Positions 12,951 through 25,340 of a stretch of 64,000 bases of DNA are shown here, one piece after another (position 1 is the first letter of the stretch; every line of letters begins with the position of its first letter). Origin of the DNA: Octopus bimaculoides (lineage: Eukaryota); the NCBI RefSeq assembly GCF_001194135.2, contig NC_068992.1:37086725-37150724 (forward strand), read 5' to 3'. The notes below the pieces were generated by a model, which worked only from the letters and a program-made list of their open reading frames with translations, was not told the DNA's origin and searched no databases. The position numbers and the translations under genes are program-made.

Positions 12951-13255
12951 ACTTAGCTGTCTAAGACAGATCAGAAGTGAAACACTAAATCTAATACATA
13001 AATAGATGAGAAGGAAGGAAGACAAAGTAAGCAGGTAGGTTAACAGAGAGAAAAGTAAAAAGTTGATAGATTTAAAACATATATAATCTCATTAATGTAT
13101 GAATAATTTTGAGTTTCAAGTAAATTTCTTATTTATTTTAAATAAATAATTTATGTGTGATAATTTTAGTGTTTGTTCCTCATATTCATTATTTACATTC
13201 CTAAGATCTAACTAGCATGGAATGAAGTAAATGTAAATAAACAAATAGTACCAAC

Positions 13256-13397
13256 CTTGAAATTAGTTTCTCCTTGCATGTTAGGGGATGATACTTCTTC
13301 ATGTAGTGTGTTGAGGTTTCGAGCAAATGCAGCCAAACCATTGCGTAAGTCCTTACAAATGACCCTAAAAATATTTCCGGATTGTTAATCTTAAAAT
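13256..13397 (-). CDS. Candidate internal exon of host gene; two open readings
   Basis: Donor AAG|GTTGGT at 13256. Acceptor TTTTCTTGTGCAG (13397) gives [48 protein letters not shown]; acceptor TTTTTAG (13364) gives [36 protein letters not shown], which is phase-compatible with exon 9517-9597. Confidence 0.4.
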
Positions 13398-13569
13398 CTG
13401 CACAAGAAAATAATGCAACAAAGTTCTGCAAATGTAATTCTCTAAAGATAATATGCACAGATAACTTTATATTAATGTAGCAACAATAGTGCTGCCACTA
13501 CCACCACCACTTTATATTAATATAGCAACAATAGTACTGCCACTACCACCACCACCACTTTATATCTAT

Positions 13570-14200
13570 TTTTCTTCAATGCATGGATTTAACATGTCTT
13601 CCCTAGCATAGCGTCTGCCATTTAACTTTATCTAGTCCTTCATTGTCTTCACTGAGTTCACCCAACAAAGATCAACTTTACCACTTCTTTTTGTGTCTGT
13701 TCTCTTTACTCTTCCTCTTTTGCAGGTTCCTTACACCTGGATTGCTTGGCACCTCTTTACCCAACTGCTAACCTCCACACAATAAATATCCCCACCAGCA
13801 AACTCTTTCTACTACTTTCATAATTTGGCCCATCAGTTCGAACTTCTGTAGTTATTCCTTTCTAGAGTATTTCAGCTTTGCAGTTGATGACAATACTGTT
13901 ATGTTAGTTATTTAGAATGAACCATCCAATTTAACTTGATTGACTATACAAGTGACTAGTAGAGATTACTTTCAGCATCTCAACTGCCTGATTGTCTGGC
14001 TGCTTTATTTCTCTTCATAATCTCTAACTTCAACTTCTTTCCTTGATGTATATATACTTGCTACCTGGTGCTGCTCTTTGCACTCACCAGTTTTCCTTTC
14101 TTTTGGGTTTGTGTTTTTCTTCTTTTATGGCTCAATCAACTATACCAGTACAGCAACATTTCATCTGTCAAAGTGAAACCTTACTACAATCACAGAAACT
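13570..14200 (-). mobile_element. Highly degenerate RTE-clade LINE 3' fragment
   Basis: Decayed RKRGRP-like C-terminus (RKRVKRTDTKEVV) on minus strand. Confidence 0.45.
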
Positions 14201-14224
14201 CACAGCTGTCATCTGTGAGCTGTA

Positions 14225-15240
14225 TGAGGTTGGGCTGAAAAGTTCATATGAAGGAGTGATGTTACAGTTATGAAATCTTGCATACATTAATTTCAACTCT
14301 GTTTTTTTTAAGTGAATTGTTTCTTTCCAGCTAAACTTACATCTAGCTGTTCAAAGAACACTTCATTAGTGAGTAGTAGTGAATTCTCTTGAAAATGGAA
14401 AAAATTTGATTTCATGATGTTATCAAGTACCTACAGAAGAAGGGTTTATCCCCCCAATGACATTCATACTGACATGGCTGCTACGTTAGGGGATGACACT
14501 TCTGCTTTATCAACAGTGCAAAAATAGGCAACTGAATTTAGGAAAGGAAGGGAAAGTCTTAAAGATAAACCACCATATGAATGTCCTGCAACTACCACCA
14601 TTGAGGAAAGCATAGATCATTGCATATCCCATGAGAGAGTTGAAAATACTCTGCATAATAAACTTGGCATTAGGAAGGCTTCATATTTGGACACCTGATC
14701 AGAAGCACATCAGGCTGATCACATCATGGGAAAAATCTGACATTGTTTCAGGCAGATCTGGATGGTTTCTTTGTATGTTTCCTAACCCACGATGAGTGTT
14801 GGGTTCATCACTTTGACCCAGAGACAAAGTGACAATCCACGCAGTGGAAACACCCCTCTTCACCTACTCCAAAGAACTACTAAAAAGAAGGCCAAGGTCA
14901 TTTCAAGCAGGGAAAGTGATGGCCTCAAGTTTTGGGGATGCATTGTGTTTATTGACTTTCTTCAAAAGGGCCACACCATCAATGAAGAGTACTATACAAA
15001 CTTTCTGAGGCAGTTGCAAAAGGCTATCAAGACAAAACACCAAGGAAACAGGTCTTGTTTCATTAGGACAATGCTCCAGTACACAAGTCCTTGGTTTCAA
15101 TAGCTGCTGTACTGGTGATCACCCTCCCTATTCTCCTTGTTTGGCCCCATCTGACTATCACCTCTTCCTCAGCAGGAAAAACCAGTACCACAGTGATGAT
15201 GACATCCTATTTTCTGTTAATGACTGTTTTAACCAACAGG
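14225..15240 (+). mobile_element. Mariner (DD34D-like) transposon remnant, 3' truncated
   Basis: TA + TGAGGTTGGGCTGAAAAGTTC TIR-like end; frameshifted motifs VIKYLQKKGLSP, THDECWVHHFDPETK, IDFLQKGHTINEEYY, DNAPVH, HPPYSPCLAPSDYHLF. Confidence 0.85.
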
Positions 15241-15448
15241 AGTATCAAAAATAGCATGATTTGTGTTTGTATCCAAAGTTTGTCCTCATTAGATGTTTCA
15301 TTGCCAATGATTAACACTTGCCATCTTGTATGCTTTTATTGTAGATCATACAGTGCAGTATGCTGTATTGAATGTTAAATAAAAACTATCATAATATCAC
15401 ACCTGTCTTTTGTATATTGTCTTACATCAATTTATTTGACATTCAAAG

Positions 15449-17960
15449 GGGAGCAATTTCTTTGACCAGAATGCTTTGATTCTTCTGATTCTCTTGATGC
15501 TGCAAAGAACTAGAACCACTGGCACTAAACTTTCAACAATTTCTTATCCACCATTGAAGATCAAAATCCTGATAAACTCCACTTGCTGACCAATTTTGTG
15601 GCTTCACCAGTATACAAATATATTGCAGAATGTCCTTATTATGAAACTGCTATTGAAACTCTTGAAAACTTGTATGTTAAACCAAGAAATGAGATATTTG
15701 CTAGGCATATTCTCACTACTACAAAACAAGAACTGGGTCAAACCTTATACCAGATTTTACAAAAGCTTAAAGGACTTTCCAAAGAATGCAACTTTAAAGT
15801 TGTTATTGCAGAAAAGAATTGTGAAGATGCCATTCAAGATGCATTCATCAGTGGTCTAAGCTCAAATCATATCAGACAGATTGTTGAAAAATAAAATTCT
15901 TGAACTTCAAAGGGCTTTTGACCTGGCTCGATCTCTTGAAATGGCTTACACAACCCAAACTCCCCATGGTGGTATCTCTTTGACCAAGAATACTGAATCT
16001 GAAGATATGTCATCTACAACAGCAGCAGTGAACTCCTTAAAATGTTTTGTTTGTTTTTTGTAGTTACTTTCCCCATCCTAGGTCAAAATGTCCTGCACTG
16101 AATGCCACCTGCAAAAGATGTGGTAAAAAGGGACATTTCTTAAAGGTTTGCTAATTTAAGCCTAATTCTATGTGGTCTGAATTTGTATCTGCCACAGATC
16201 TTCAATTGAGTACAGTTATTACTGCAGCTGCACCTACTAGCCTGTCTAAAGCTATCATCAATATTTCCATCAACAATACTTCTATCAAAGCTCTTGCTGA
16301 CACTGGAAGTTCTGATAGCTACATCTGCTCTGATCTTGCCAAATCCCTGGAACTAAACACTTATCCTTTAGAGACAAAGATTTCCATGGCTTCCCTAAAA
16401 CTTTCAAGTGTAACAAAAGGAAATTGTTTTGTGCAGCTCTGATGCCAAGGTCAAGTGTATGACAATGTAAAACTTCCCTTGTTACCCGGACTATGATCAG
16501 ATGTTATACTGGGACATGATTTCTTGAACCAGCATGAAGGACTTCAGATTTCTTTCAAAGAAGAAAAGCCTATTTTTTCTGTGTGTGGAATAGCAGCAGC
16601 AAAGGTTGAAGCACCATCCTTATTTCACAACCTGGCCCTGGGTTGCAAACCAATTGCAACAGTCTTGTTGTTTTTCAAAGCCTGATGAACAGTTCATTGA
16701 CTCTGAAATACAAAAACTGTTATGTGATGACATCATTGAGCTTTCAAACTTACCCTGGACACAAAAAAAAGGCTCATAGTTAATTACAGTCAGACCATTA
16801 ACCACTTCACTCAGCTCAATGCTTATCCATTACCAAGAATCGATGAAATGGTTGAGAGCATATCAATGTATGAAATATACAGTACATTAGATCTCCACAG
16901 TGCCTATCATCAGATACCAATTAAGGAAGAAGAGTGACATTTTACAGCTTTTGAAGCCAAAGAGAACTTGTACCATTTTAAGCATATTCCTTTTAGGATC
17001 CCCAATGGAGTTGCCTGTTTTCAACGCATCATAAACAATACGAATAGAGACAAGAAGATCAAGAATACTTTTGCATAATTGGATAATATTACCATCTGTG
17101 GAAAGAATCAAGAAGACCATGACAAAAATTTTGTGCACTTCCTTGACTGTGCTAAGTATCACATAACCTTCTATGAAAAGAAGACCATTATTAGTGCAAA
17201 GGAAATCAAGTTACTTGGGTTTCGAGTATCAAAAGGAAACATCAAATTTGATCCTCAATGACTGCAACAGTTCAAAGAACTTGCTGATCCACATGATTCC
17301 AAATCTCAAAAAAGAGTCATTGGCATGTTCTCTTACTACTCATCATGGATTTTGCATTTTTCTGATAAAATTCATCCTCTGATAAGAAATAAAACATTCC
17401 CCTTACCAGTAAAAGTGAAAAATGCCTTTGAGTATCTGAAAGCAGAAATTGCAAAAACAATTGTTATGACTATTCACTTGACTCTGCCCCAAGTGGTTGA
17501 GACAGATGCCTCAGACATAGCAATCACAGCAACTCTTAATCAATGTGGAAAACCCGTTGCCTTCTCCTCAAGATCACTGAATCCAAGTGAAAGGAATCAC
17601 TCATCGTAGAAGCTCTTCAAAGGTGGAAGCATTATCTTATTGGCAAGCATTTAAAATTAATCACAGACTAAAAGAGTATTACTTTCATGCCCAGACAAGC
17701 AAATTCAAGCATGTCAAAATACAGCACTGGCATATTGAACTGTCTTGCTACAGTTACGATGTTGTCTACAGGCTTGGAACTGAAAATCTCGCAGCTGATG
17801 CGCTATCTCATGCTTCCTGCTCTGCTTCCACCTCGGGTAGTTCTGATAGACTTAAAGAAATCCATTCCTCACTTTGTCATCCAGGAATGTTTCACTATGT
17901 TAAATCTAAAAACTTACCCTTTCCCATCGAAGAAGTGAAGCAAATGACTGTAAATTGATT
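15449..17960 (+). mobile_element. Ty3/Gypsy remnant (gag-PR-RT-RNaseH-start of integrase), 3' truncated
   Basis: Gag LENLYVKPRNEIFARHIL; protease ALADTGSSDSYI; RT STLDLHSAYHQIP and LDNITICG; RNase H VETDASDIAI; many stops and frameshifts; no paired LTR found. Confidence 0.88.
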
Positions 17961-18289
17961 TATTTGTTTCCATGTCTTCATTCTAAAGATTGTCTTGCAT
18001 CTTTCTGTCCATCTTGTGTTTACTCTGATATCACAAATCCATAGTCAATGTTGAGTTGTACATTCTTCACCAAGAAAATATTTAGAATTTGTACAATCAT
18101 CATCATTATTTTTTTAACATCTGTTTTCTATGTTATCATAGATTAGTCACTCTGACAGGATCTGATGGATCTGAGGACTGTCATGTTCCAATGCCTGGAT
18201 GGTCTTCCTAATGACAACCACTTTGGAGAGTACTGGGTGGTTTTCTGTGGTACTAGTACTAGTGAGGCCACCATGTAGCTCACCTTGCA

Positions 18290-19030
18290 TAAAGCTGCCT
18301 CCTTTTCAGCTGAGTAGAAAGGAAGGCAGCTTATGCTAGGTGATGAAAAGTATGAAGGAAGAGGCTGAAACTGGTTCCTTACTATAGAGGGTATGCATTA
18401 TACAAGGTTCTGGAAAGTGAGATAAAGATAGTGGTGATGGGGTGTCAGAGTAGGAGCTGGGGACAGAAGAATAGGAAGGATGACTGGGTAGAGGTTACAA
18501 GAGAGAATGGAAAGAGCTAAAGAGGGTTAGAGATGGGATAAAGGATGCAAATATACTGTATGATGAGGGTGGGGCAGTTGATGACAAATATAAGATATAT
18601 GGAAAGTAAAAAAGAGCAGATGGTGATTAGAGATTGGGTAATGTAGTGGAATAAATATAGTGAACGATGGAGGGATGATCAATAATACATATGAGCTGGA
18701 GGAAGGTCAGAAACATTAGATGCTGACTGGTAGTACAAAAGAGAGGAGAAGTAATATTACAATAGAGTTGCATGAAACTGCAATGCAGCAAGAGTGTGAG
18801 TGGAGAGAAAGATGTTGTGTGTGGGGTGAATAAGGCAAGTCAACAGGAAATGGTTTGGGGAAGACTGCAAAGAGTATGAGAGCTGAACAATAATAGGAGC
18901 AGGTCAATAGCAAGTGATTCACTGGAGAGGTGGGAGAGATAATTTGGAGAGGGACAATGTTAAGAATGAGATTATGAGAAAGATAGCTAGTAACATGGAA
19001 AAAATGATAAAATATATAGTTCTGCCCACA
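18290..19030 (-). repeat. Strongly purine-biased (plus strand) repeat-derived tract, possibly PLE 3'/terminal region; similar tract at 50800-51130
   Basis: Composition bias only; no conserved protein motif resolved. Confidence 0.3.
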
Positions 19031-19189
19031 TTTAATTACAGAAACAGAATAATGCAGTTAGGTAAGTAAGGGAGAAGTTAGTGACAAAAAAAAAAAATGA
19101 AGGTGTGGGGTATATGCTTTCAGAACTTCAGTTTTATTGAGAGGAGCAAAGTTTTTTTAAGCATCATGTATTACTTGTCTACCTTAGGA

Positions 19190-19509
19190 TTTTAAGTCTT
19201 AAGATCAGCCCTCACTACTTCATCTTATATTTCCCTGTGTCTCCTCTTCCACAACTTCTATCCAATTGACGCTTCCTCATACAACTGATCTCAACACACA
19301 TCACATGACCATACCAGCACAGTCTTCTTTTATTCATGTACACTGACATTGCACATGCTAGCTGATTTTCTATCTTGTCTACACATGTCCTGTGCATTCA
19401 GAGTTCAATTCTCACAACCATGGACATTGTTGTTGATACACAAGAATCATACAGTCTGTCTTCCATTCTGAGAGTGAAACCTTTTTCTTTTGTCCCCAAC
19501 AGTGGTATA
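19190..19509 (-). mobile_element. RTE-clade LINE C-terminal fragment
   Basis: PLLGTKEKGFTLRMEDRLYDSCV; KRRLCWYGHVMC...CGRG. Confidence 0.75.
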
Positions 19510-19511
19510 TA

Positions 19512-20770
19512 CAAGGTGTGGACAATATTCGTTCATATGATGACTGTTTCAAAAAAAAATAAAACAGTGCTTTTACTTTTTTACATATATTCATCAAATT
19601 TGGGTCAGTTTGTCACCATGACACGCACTGTAGATCTCACTCAAATGAATCTGCTTTTGGCCTCAATGAACCCAACCAGACTACCTCAGACCTGGCCACA
19701 AACTTTCATCACTATCATATGTTTTAAGCCTCTGAAGGCCCTGGTAATCCTGGCCCTCAGTTCAACCTTCAAGTTGCTGCTAGAGTTGTTGTTCTCTCAT
19801 TTCACTACACTCCACACAAGGAAGTCAAGTGGGTTGCAGGCAAATGTCAGGTGCTATGTGATCAAAGAAATTCTCTAACAGCCAGGTTTGAGTCTTCCAG
19901 CTGATCACAGAGTCTTGCTGCCACTTGTACGGTCTCCCTGCAGCTACCCAGTCAATCCAGAACTTCACCACCTTGCTCAGAACATGGATATAACTGTCGG
20001 TGTTCAGCCCAAGGGTCTCAGGGAAGAAGTGAGGTGGTGTGACATCACCTTCATTGCTGATGACACTAAAGACCAAGATTGTTGCTGGAAATTTCATGTG
20101 CATAATTTTGGACATGTCCTTGGGTGAGACAGCAAACCACCTCTTGTTCTGGGAGATGATCTGGTTTTGGCAGAAATTCTTCTCACCAAAGAAGAACTGC
20201 AGAATGACTGGCTCTAACAAGTGTTTGAACTTGTTGATCATCTTCTTGTTGTGCTTGAGTCGTTTTCACTACACTGCCTTAGACAAAAATTGTCCCTTCA
20301 TTATCTTGTATGAAAATACCATCATGTTTTTCATCCACACGCCTTTCTTCTGTGCAATGGCAAGTATCAACTTGCTGAGACCATTGTTGATGATCTCCTG
20401 GATTTCAGGGACGAATTCCCATGTTCTGATGGTGTCAGATTGTCGACCATGAGTTTTCCTCTCTGTTGTTGCCTAATAGTTGAATCTTGAATCTTCCAGC
20501 TCCTTTCTGACTTTTTCCACCATCCTTCTGCTGATATTGAGGAAACCTGAAATCTTCTTTGTCCTTCAGGCACATATTCCAAAGAGAAGTCCATGCCTCT
20601 TCCACAAATTGGAGTGTTCAAAAGTTTCCAAAATTTTCAATTATTATGCAAAAAAATAAAGTAAAAATAGTTATTGTTTTTAAGAAAAAAAAGGCCAACA
20701 ATGAAAGTAAAAAAAAAATATGTGCAAAATAAGTAGTTGAAAATTGCAAACAAATACCATCCACACCCTG
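19512..20770 (-). mobile_element. Full-length-sized (1.26 kb) Tc1/mariner element, maT/DD37D-like, decayed transposase
   Basis: TA-flanked imperfect TIRs CAAGGTGTGGACAATATT (19512) and CAGGGTGTGGATGGTATT (revcomp, ends 20770); FFGEKNFCQ...MKFPATILVFSVISNEGDVTPPHFF...GRPYKWQQDS. Confidence 0.85.
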
Positions 20771-21072
20771 TAATAGCTGTACATGCATATATTTATATAT
20801 ATATATATATATATATATNNNNNNNNNNNNNNNNNNNNNNNNNNNNNNNNNNNNNNNNNNNNNNNNNNNNNNNNNNNNNNNNNNNNNNNNNNNNNNNNNN
20901 NNNNNNNNNNNNNNNNNNNNNNNNNNNNNNNNNNNNNNNNNNNNNNNNNNNNNNNNNNNNNNNNNNNNNNNNNNNNNNNNNNNNNNNNNNNNNNNNNNNN
21001 NNNNNNNNNNNNNNNNNNNNNNNNNNNNNNNNNNNNNNNNNNNNNNNNNATATATATATATATATACATGTA

Positions 21073-21870
21073 CTGGGTCATCCCATAAATAATGCGGAAT
21101 TTTCAACTGTATTAACTAAAAGTTGGAGGGGGACGGGATCAACTATCTGCATTGACTTACTATAAAAGCAGGTAGTAATTTTACCTTGTACTTATTCTTA
21201 GTACAAATTTTGAAGAGTGCAGTTCGATTTTAACAGTTATTTATTCAAAGCTATAATGGAAGAGACAAAGGAGCATATTCAGCATATTTTGCTTTATGAA
21301 TTCAATAAAGGCAAAGATGCAGTGAGAAATGGGAAGAATATTAATGCAGTTTATGAGGATTGGAAAATAAGTATAAGTCAGTGTCAATGGTGGTTCCAAA
21401 AATTCCAAGCCAGAAACTACAGCCTAGAAGATGAGCCTTGTCCTGGAAAAACTGTAGAGCTCAATGAGGACATCTTGCAAATCCTGGTGGAACAAAATTG
21501 CATCATAACTATTGAAGAATTAGCAGAGAAGCTTGGATTTGTTCATCCAACCATTCATTTACACCTGCATGCCATCAGAAAAGTCAGCAAATTGGGTCAA
21601 TGGGTTCCTCAAACTTTCCAAGTCTAATCACATGCAGAGAGTGAATGTGTGCTCTTCTTTGTTGTCACATCTCAGGATTGAACTTTTATTTGACCAAATA
21701 GTGACTGGTGACAAGAAATGGCTTCTCTATAAAAATGTCAAGCACCAAAGACAGTGAGTAGGGAAAAGACAAACACTGGCACTCCAGGGTAAAGAAGGTC
21801 TTCACCTGCATAAGGTGTTGTTATCTGTTTGGTGGAATATGAAAGGTTTAGTCTACTTTGAACTTTTAAA
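21073..21870 (+). mobile_element. Mariner remnant (Hsmar1/SETMAR-like transposase), 3' truncated
   Basis: TA + CTGGGTCATCCCATAAATAATGC end; MEETKEHIQHILLYEFNKG...QWWFQKF...SLEDEPCPGK...KLGQWVP; IVTGDKKWLLYKN. Confidence 0.88.
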
Positions 21871-22189
21871 TCAAAAACTTTTAAATATCTAACTATACCT
21901 ATGGTTGCTGGAAAATTGATTGCCTCATAGGAGTAAGAATCTTCTACCTATATTTGTCCAAACATTTAGGGAGAAGTGCAGGTTGAACCATAAAATATTG
22001 TGAGACCTATTCTTATGACTAGATAGTTGAGGAGGTAGAGGATTATAAAATATTTCATCAGTAAAGCTGCTATCCTGTAAACATTTATTATGATAGGGGA
22101 TGATTCTTCAAATATTTCTGTAGATGAAGAAATACATGCAATTCTACTGCTAATGTTAGGAATTAAATTCTTAAATATTTAAGTCTTAA

Positions 22190-22500
22190 AGAACTAAAGG
22201 TGGAAAGGAATCCATAGAGTCCCAATAGTGAGTGACAGCCAAAGCATTACCTTGGTATATACCAATGCCATGGTTAGGTAAATTTGAAATATGTATAGTC
22301 CAACCAAATTGCATATATCCATGTTATCACACAAACCCACTGGCACATTGAATTTGTCAAAAGTATTGTTTTTTGGTTCAAATAAATCCATCACTAGATA
22401 GGACTGTTTTACATACTTACATAATGAGGTTTATTTCTTACTCAACAATGATTTACAAATTGACATGCAAATACCAATCCATTGCACAATGGGGAACCAG
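22190..22500 (-). mobile_element. Penelope-like RT fragment
   Basis: FNVPVGLCDNMDICNLVGLYIF matches FDV.MGSYDGAE.CELVGLY of the other PLE copies in the window. Confidence 0.65.
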
Positions 22501-22517
22501 AAATCTACAATATCAGA

Positions 22518-23850
22518 CTGTGAGAATTTTATCTTACTTTTAGTGTGGATGGTTTTGAACCAAGATATCACTGAGAAGCAATTGCAAATCTTTTCTGTTC
22601 GGCTTCATTTTTTGAAATTAAGTAAAAAAAATTTTAATTTTTAAATTTGGTATTTTGATGTAATTTTTCATGCTGAATCTGGTGTTGTTATTCACTTACT
22701 CCAGGAAAGTTTTCGAAAAATATTACAGAGGTTTAAAGTTTGGTAATTTTTACCCAATCGGAAAACAGGATTTGGAAGGTGGCATTTTTTGTGTGTGATG
22801 ACAGCATTACAACAACAAAACATTCACTGATGGAAGTTTTAAAAAGTTTTAATGAATAAAGTCATGTGAAATGTTGGAACAGGCACGTAATGCGAAAAAT
22901 TACCAAAAAAAAAAAAGACACTAAATCTTAAATTACAAAGCAAACAAACTAAACATTTAATCACAAATACAAAAATAAAGCAAACTATAGCTCACTTCAT
23001 GTAACAATCAAATTGCTGGAAAGGCAGTCAAATCTTCTACCAAAGAACACCCTAATGTCATAAAATAAGGAAGGACCTACTAGATTATAGTAGTCTTAGG
23101 TAACTCTAAAACTGTGGGGTGTTCAGCATTGGAATGCTCCTTTTGATCATAGGTCTACCCAATCAATTGCATCCTCAGTTTTCAATTTCTCCATCATATA
23201 TGAAAGATTACACAAGTTGGCAACAGACAGATAAGCAGACTACACAACAGCTTGACTTGTTACTATGGAAACAGGCACCAATATGTCTGTGGCTTTCCAT
23301 TTGCTAAAATTACCCAAAATTTACAAACTTTAAAAGCTATTAATTTTTTATTTATCAATTTAAGGCAAAAATGATAGACAAGAAAACTTGAGATTAAAAA
23401 GGATGAGTTTAAGCATATCATATGTATGGAAGATTCCAACTTAGTCTATCCATTAAAAATTAGGCTAAGCCTAATTCAATGTTGTCTGTTAAGATGTTCT
23501 AGAGTGAATTATGTGCATTACTAATCCAGGATTTGAGTGGGGCTGCTATACAAAAGTTAGTGGGATTACAGGTATTCCTCCAACTGAGTGTGTAAGAAGT
23601 GGTATAACATACACTTCATATTACTGGATCTGGTAATGTTACTAGGCTTACACAATGCAGGCATGTGTGAGAGACCCAGAGACTGGGTTCCATATTGACA
23701 GGTAGAAATCTGTGAGAATTCTATCTTACTTTTAGTGTAGATGGTTTTGAACCAAGATATCACTGAGAAGCAATTGCAAATCTTTTCTGTTTGGCTTCAC
23801 TTTTAGAAATGAAGTAAAAAAAATTTTAATTTTCAAATTTGGTAATTTGA
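22518..23850 (+). repeat. 141-bp direct repeat pair (22518-22658 and 23710-23850), about 90% identical
   Basis: CTGTGAGAATT...GGTTTTGAACCAAGATATCACTGAGAAGCAATTGCAAATCTTTTCTGTT...TTTGA in both. Confidence 0.9.
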
Positions 23851-23879
23851 AGTTGAAATTTATACAGTGTCACGTGACA

Positions 23880-25095
23880 ACTAGCATGTTGTGTTTGTGG
23901 TGGATAAGGAAGCCTACCAGCGAGTATTTAAAGGGAAATTTGGCAGGATGGTCAGTCACCCACTGACACTTGTTGACACGGCATCGAAGAAGCCAGGGAA
24001 GAGAAGAAAAAAGGAGAAAGAAGAAATGCACTGAACACCAGAGCTAAAGACGCCTCCAAAAGGATGGTGGGGAACAACATGTCAAAAATGGTAGAGGAGT
24101 AGGGGATGAAACCAGAGGTGGTTCCTCCTGATGATGTCTTTAGCCACTAGATCCTATAAAGGAGCTGTTGGGGTAGCAAACTACGAAACATGGTTGAAAT
24201 TCTTAAATATGTAAATATGGTCAGTTGGAGTGGGGTAATCATTAGTATCAAGTGAAGAAGAGTGACAATTATCCCAAATGGGAATATATTTAATTTTATT
24301 CTTATAGTTGGCTTGACCAAATGTGTCCTTATACAAGTCATTGTTTGCTGATAGGATAGAGATCCTATAGGATACGCTATCAACTATAGATCTAAGGACA
24401 GAAAGAGAAGGTTTGGAAAGAAAGATAACATAATTCTCACTCGGTTTGTGGTAGGGGTGGAATTGAGTTGTATTATAGTACCAATGTGACATCTAAGGGG
24501 TCAGCAATTTTAAGGTTATTACTAAAAGAGACATGTAGGCCCATGCTTTTGAAGAAATATCTAATTCTCTTTCTATTCTCTTTCTCAAGCTCAATATTAC
24601 TAAAACCCTGAACTGAGAACAGAGGGTCATCCTTATAAAGATCCCTACAGAGTAGAGGGAAATTATTATGGGGAAAATGTAACAAATATATCCCCATGAG
24701 GTCAGTCATCTGGATAAAGCCACTGAACCCGATAACGATACAAAAGTTACTTGGAGTGTCTTTACAAGCTCAAAGTTTCCCATCAAATTTAATAACAGTG
24801 CAATGATCAGTGAAGATAGTATCGATTTCCTTCCTGATGAGATCAGAGTATTTTTAGAGCATAGATAAATGCTTTGTTAAGTAAGGGAGTTGAAACACTA
24901 GAATAGTAATTATTAATATCCACTTCGATAAATTTGTATTCACCTTCAAACCAATAAATAACATCACAGTATTTACCCACAAGTCAAGTTTAAGTTTAGC
25001 ACTGAGATGTGCACTTACTAACTAACTTTCCGAAATAGATTCCTACCTCTCAGGGTTGAAAAGCTATATGCCTTCAGCTTTAGACTCTAACAAGT
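23880..25095 (-). mobile_element. Degenerate Penelope-like element (RT to 3' region)
   Basis: DLMGIYLL...LYKDDP...RIRYFFKSMGLHV...LDVTL; same family as 6080-7640 and 59060-60900. Confidence 0.75.
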
Positions 25096-25229
25096 CATCC
25101 ATGGGACTAAGCTCTTTATGGATGTAAAGCCATTGGAAACTCTATGACCAGACACATAATTAACTCCATATAAAAACATTACATGCTTCAGAGTGTGCTT
25201 CTTTTTCTTATATATGATACACTGATGGT

Positions 25230-25310
<81 letters not shown>

Positions 25311-25311
<1 letters not shown>

Positions 25312-25340
25312 TAGCAAATACACCCATCCTTTGGATGGTT
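25311..25340 (-). mobile_element. Helitron-like 3' terminus (hairpin + CTAG|T)
   Basis: Minus strand: CCATCC-AAA-GGATGG hairpin, short spacer, CTAG followed by T in (TA)n; 5' end not located. Confidence 0.45.

Noticed and set aside
15245-15445. Possible 5' LTR of the 15449-17960 Gypsy remnant
   Set aside because: No second copy, no PBS and no TSD visible.
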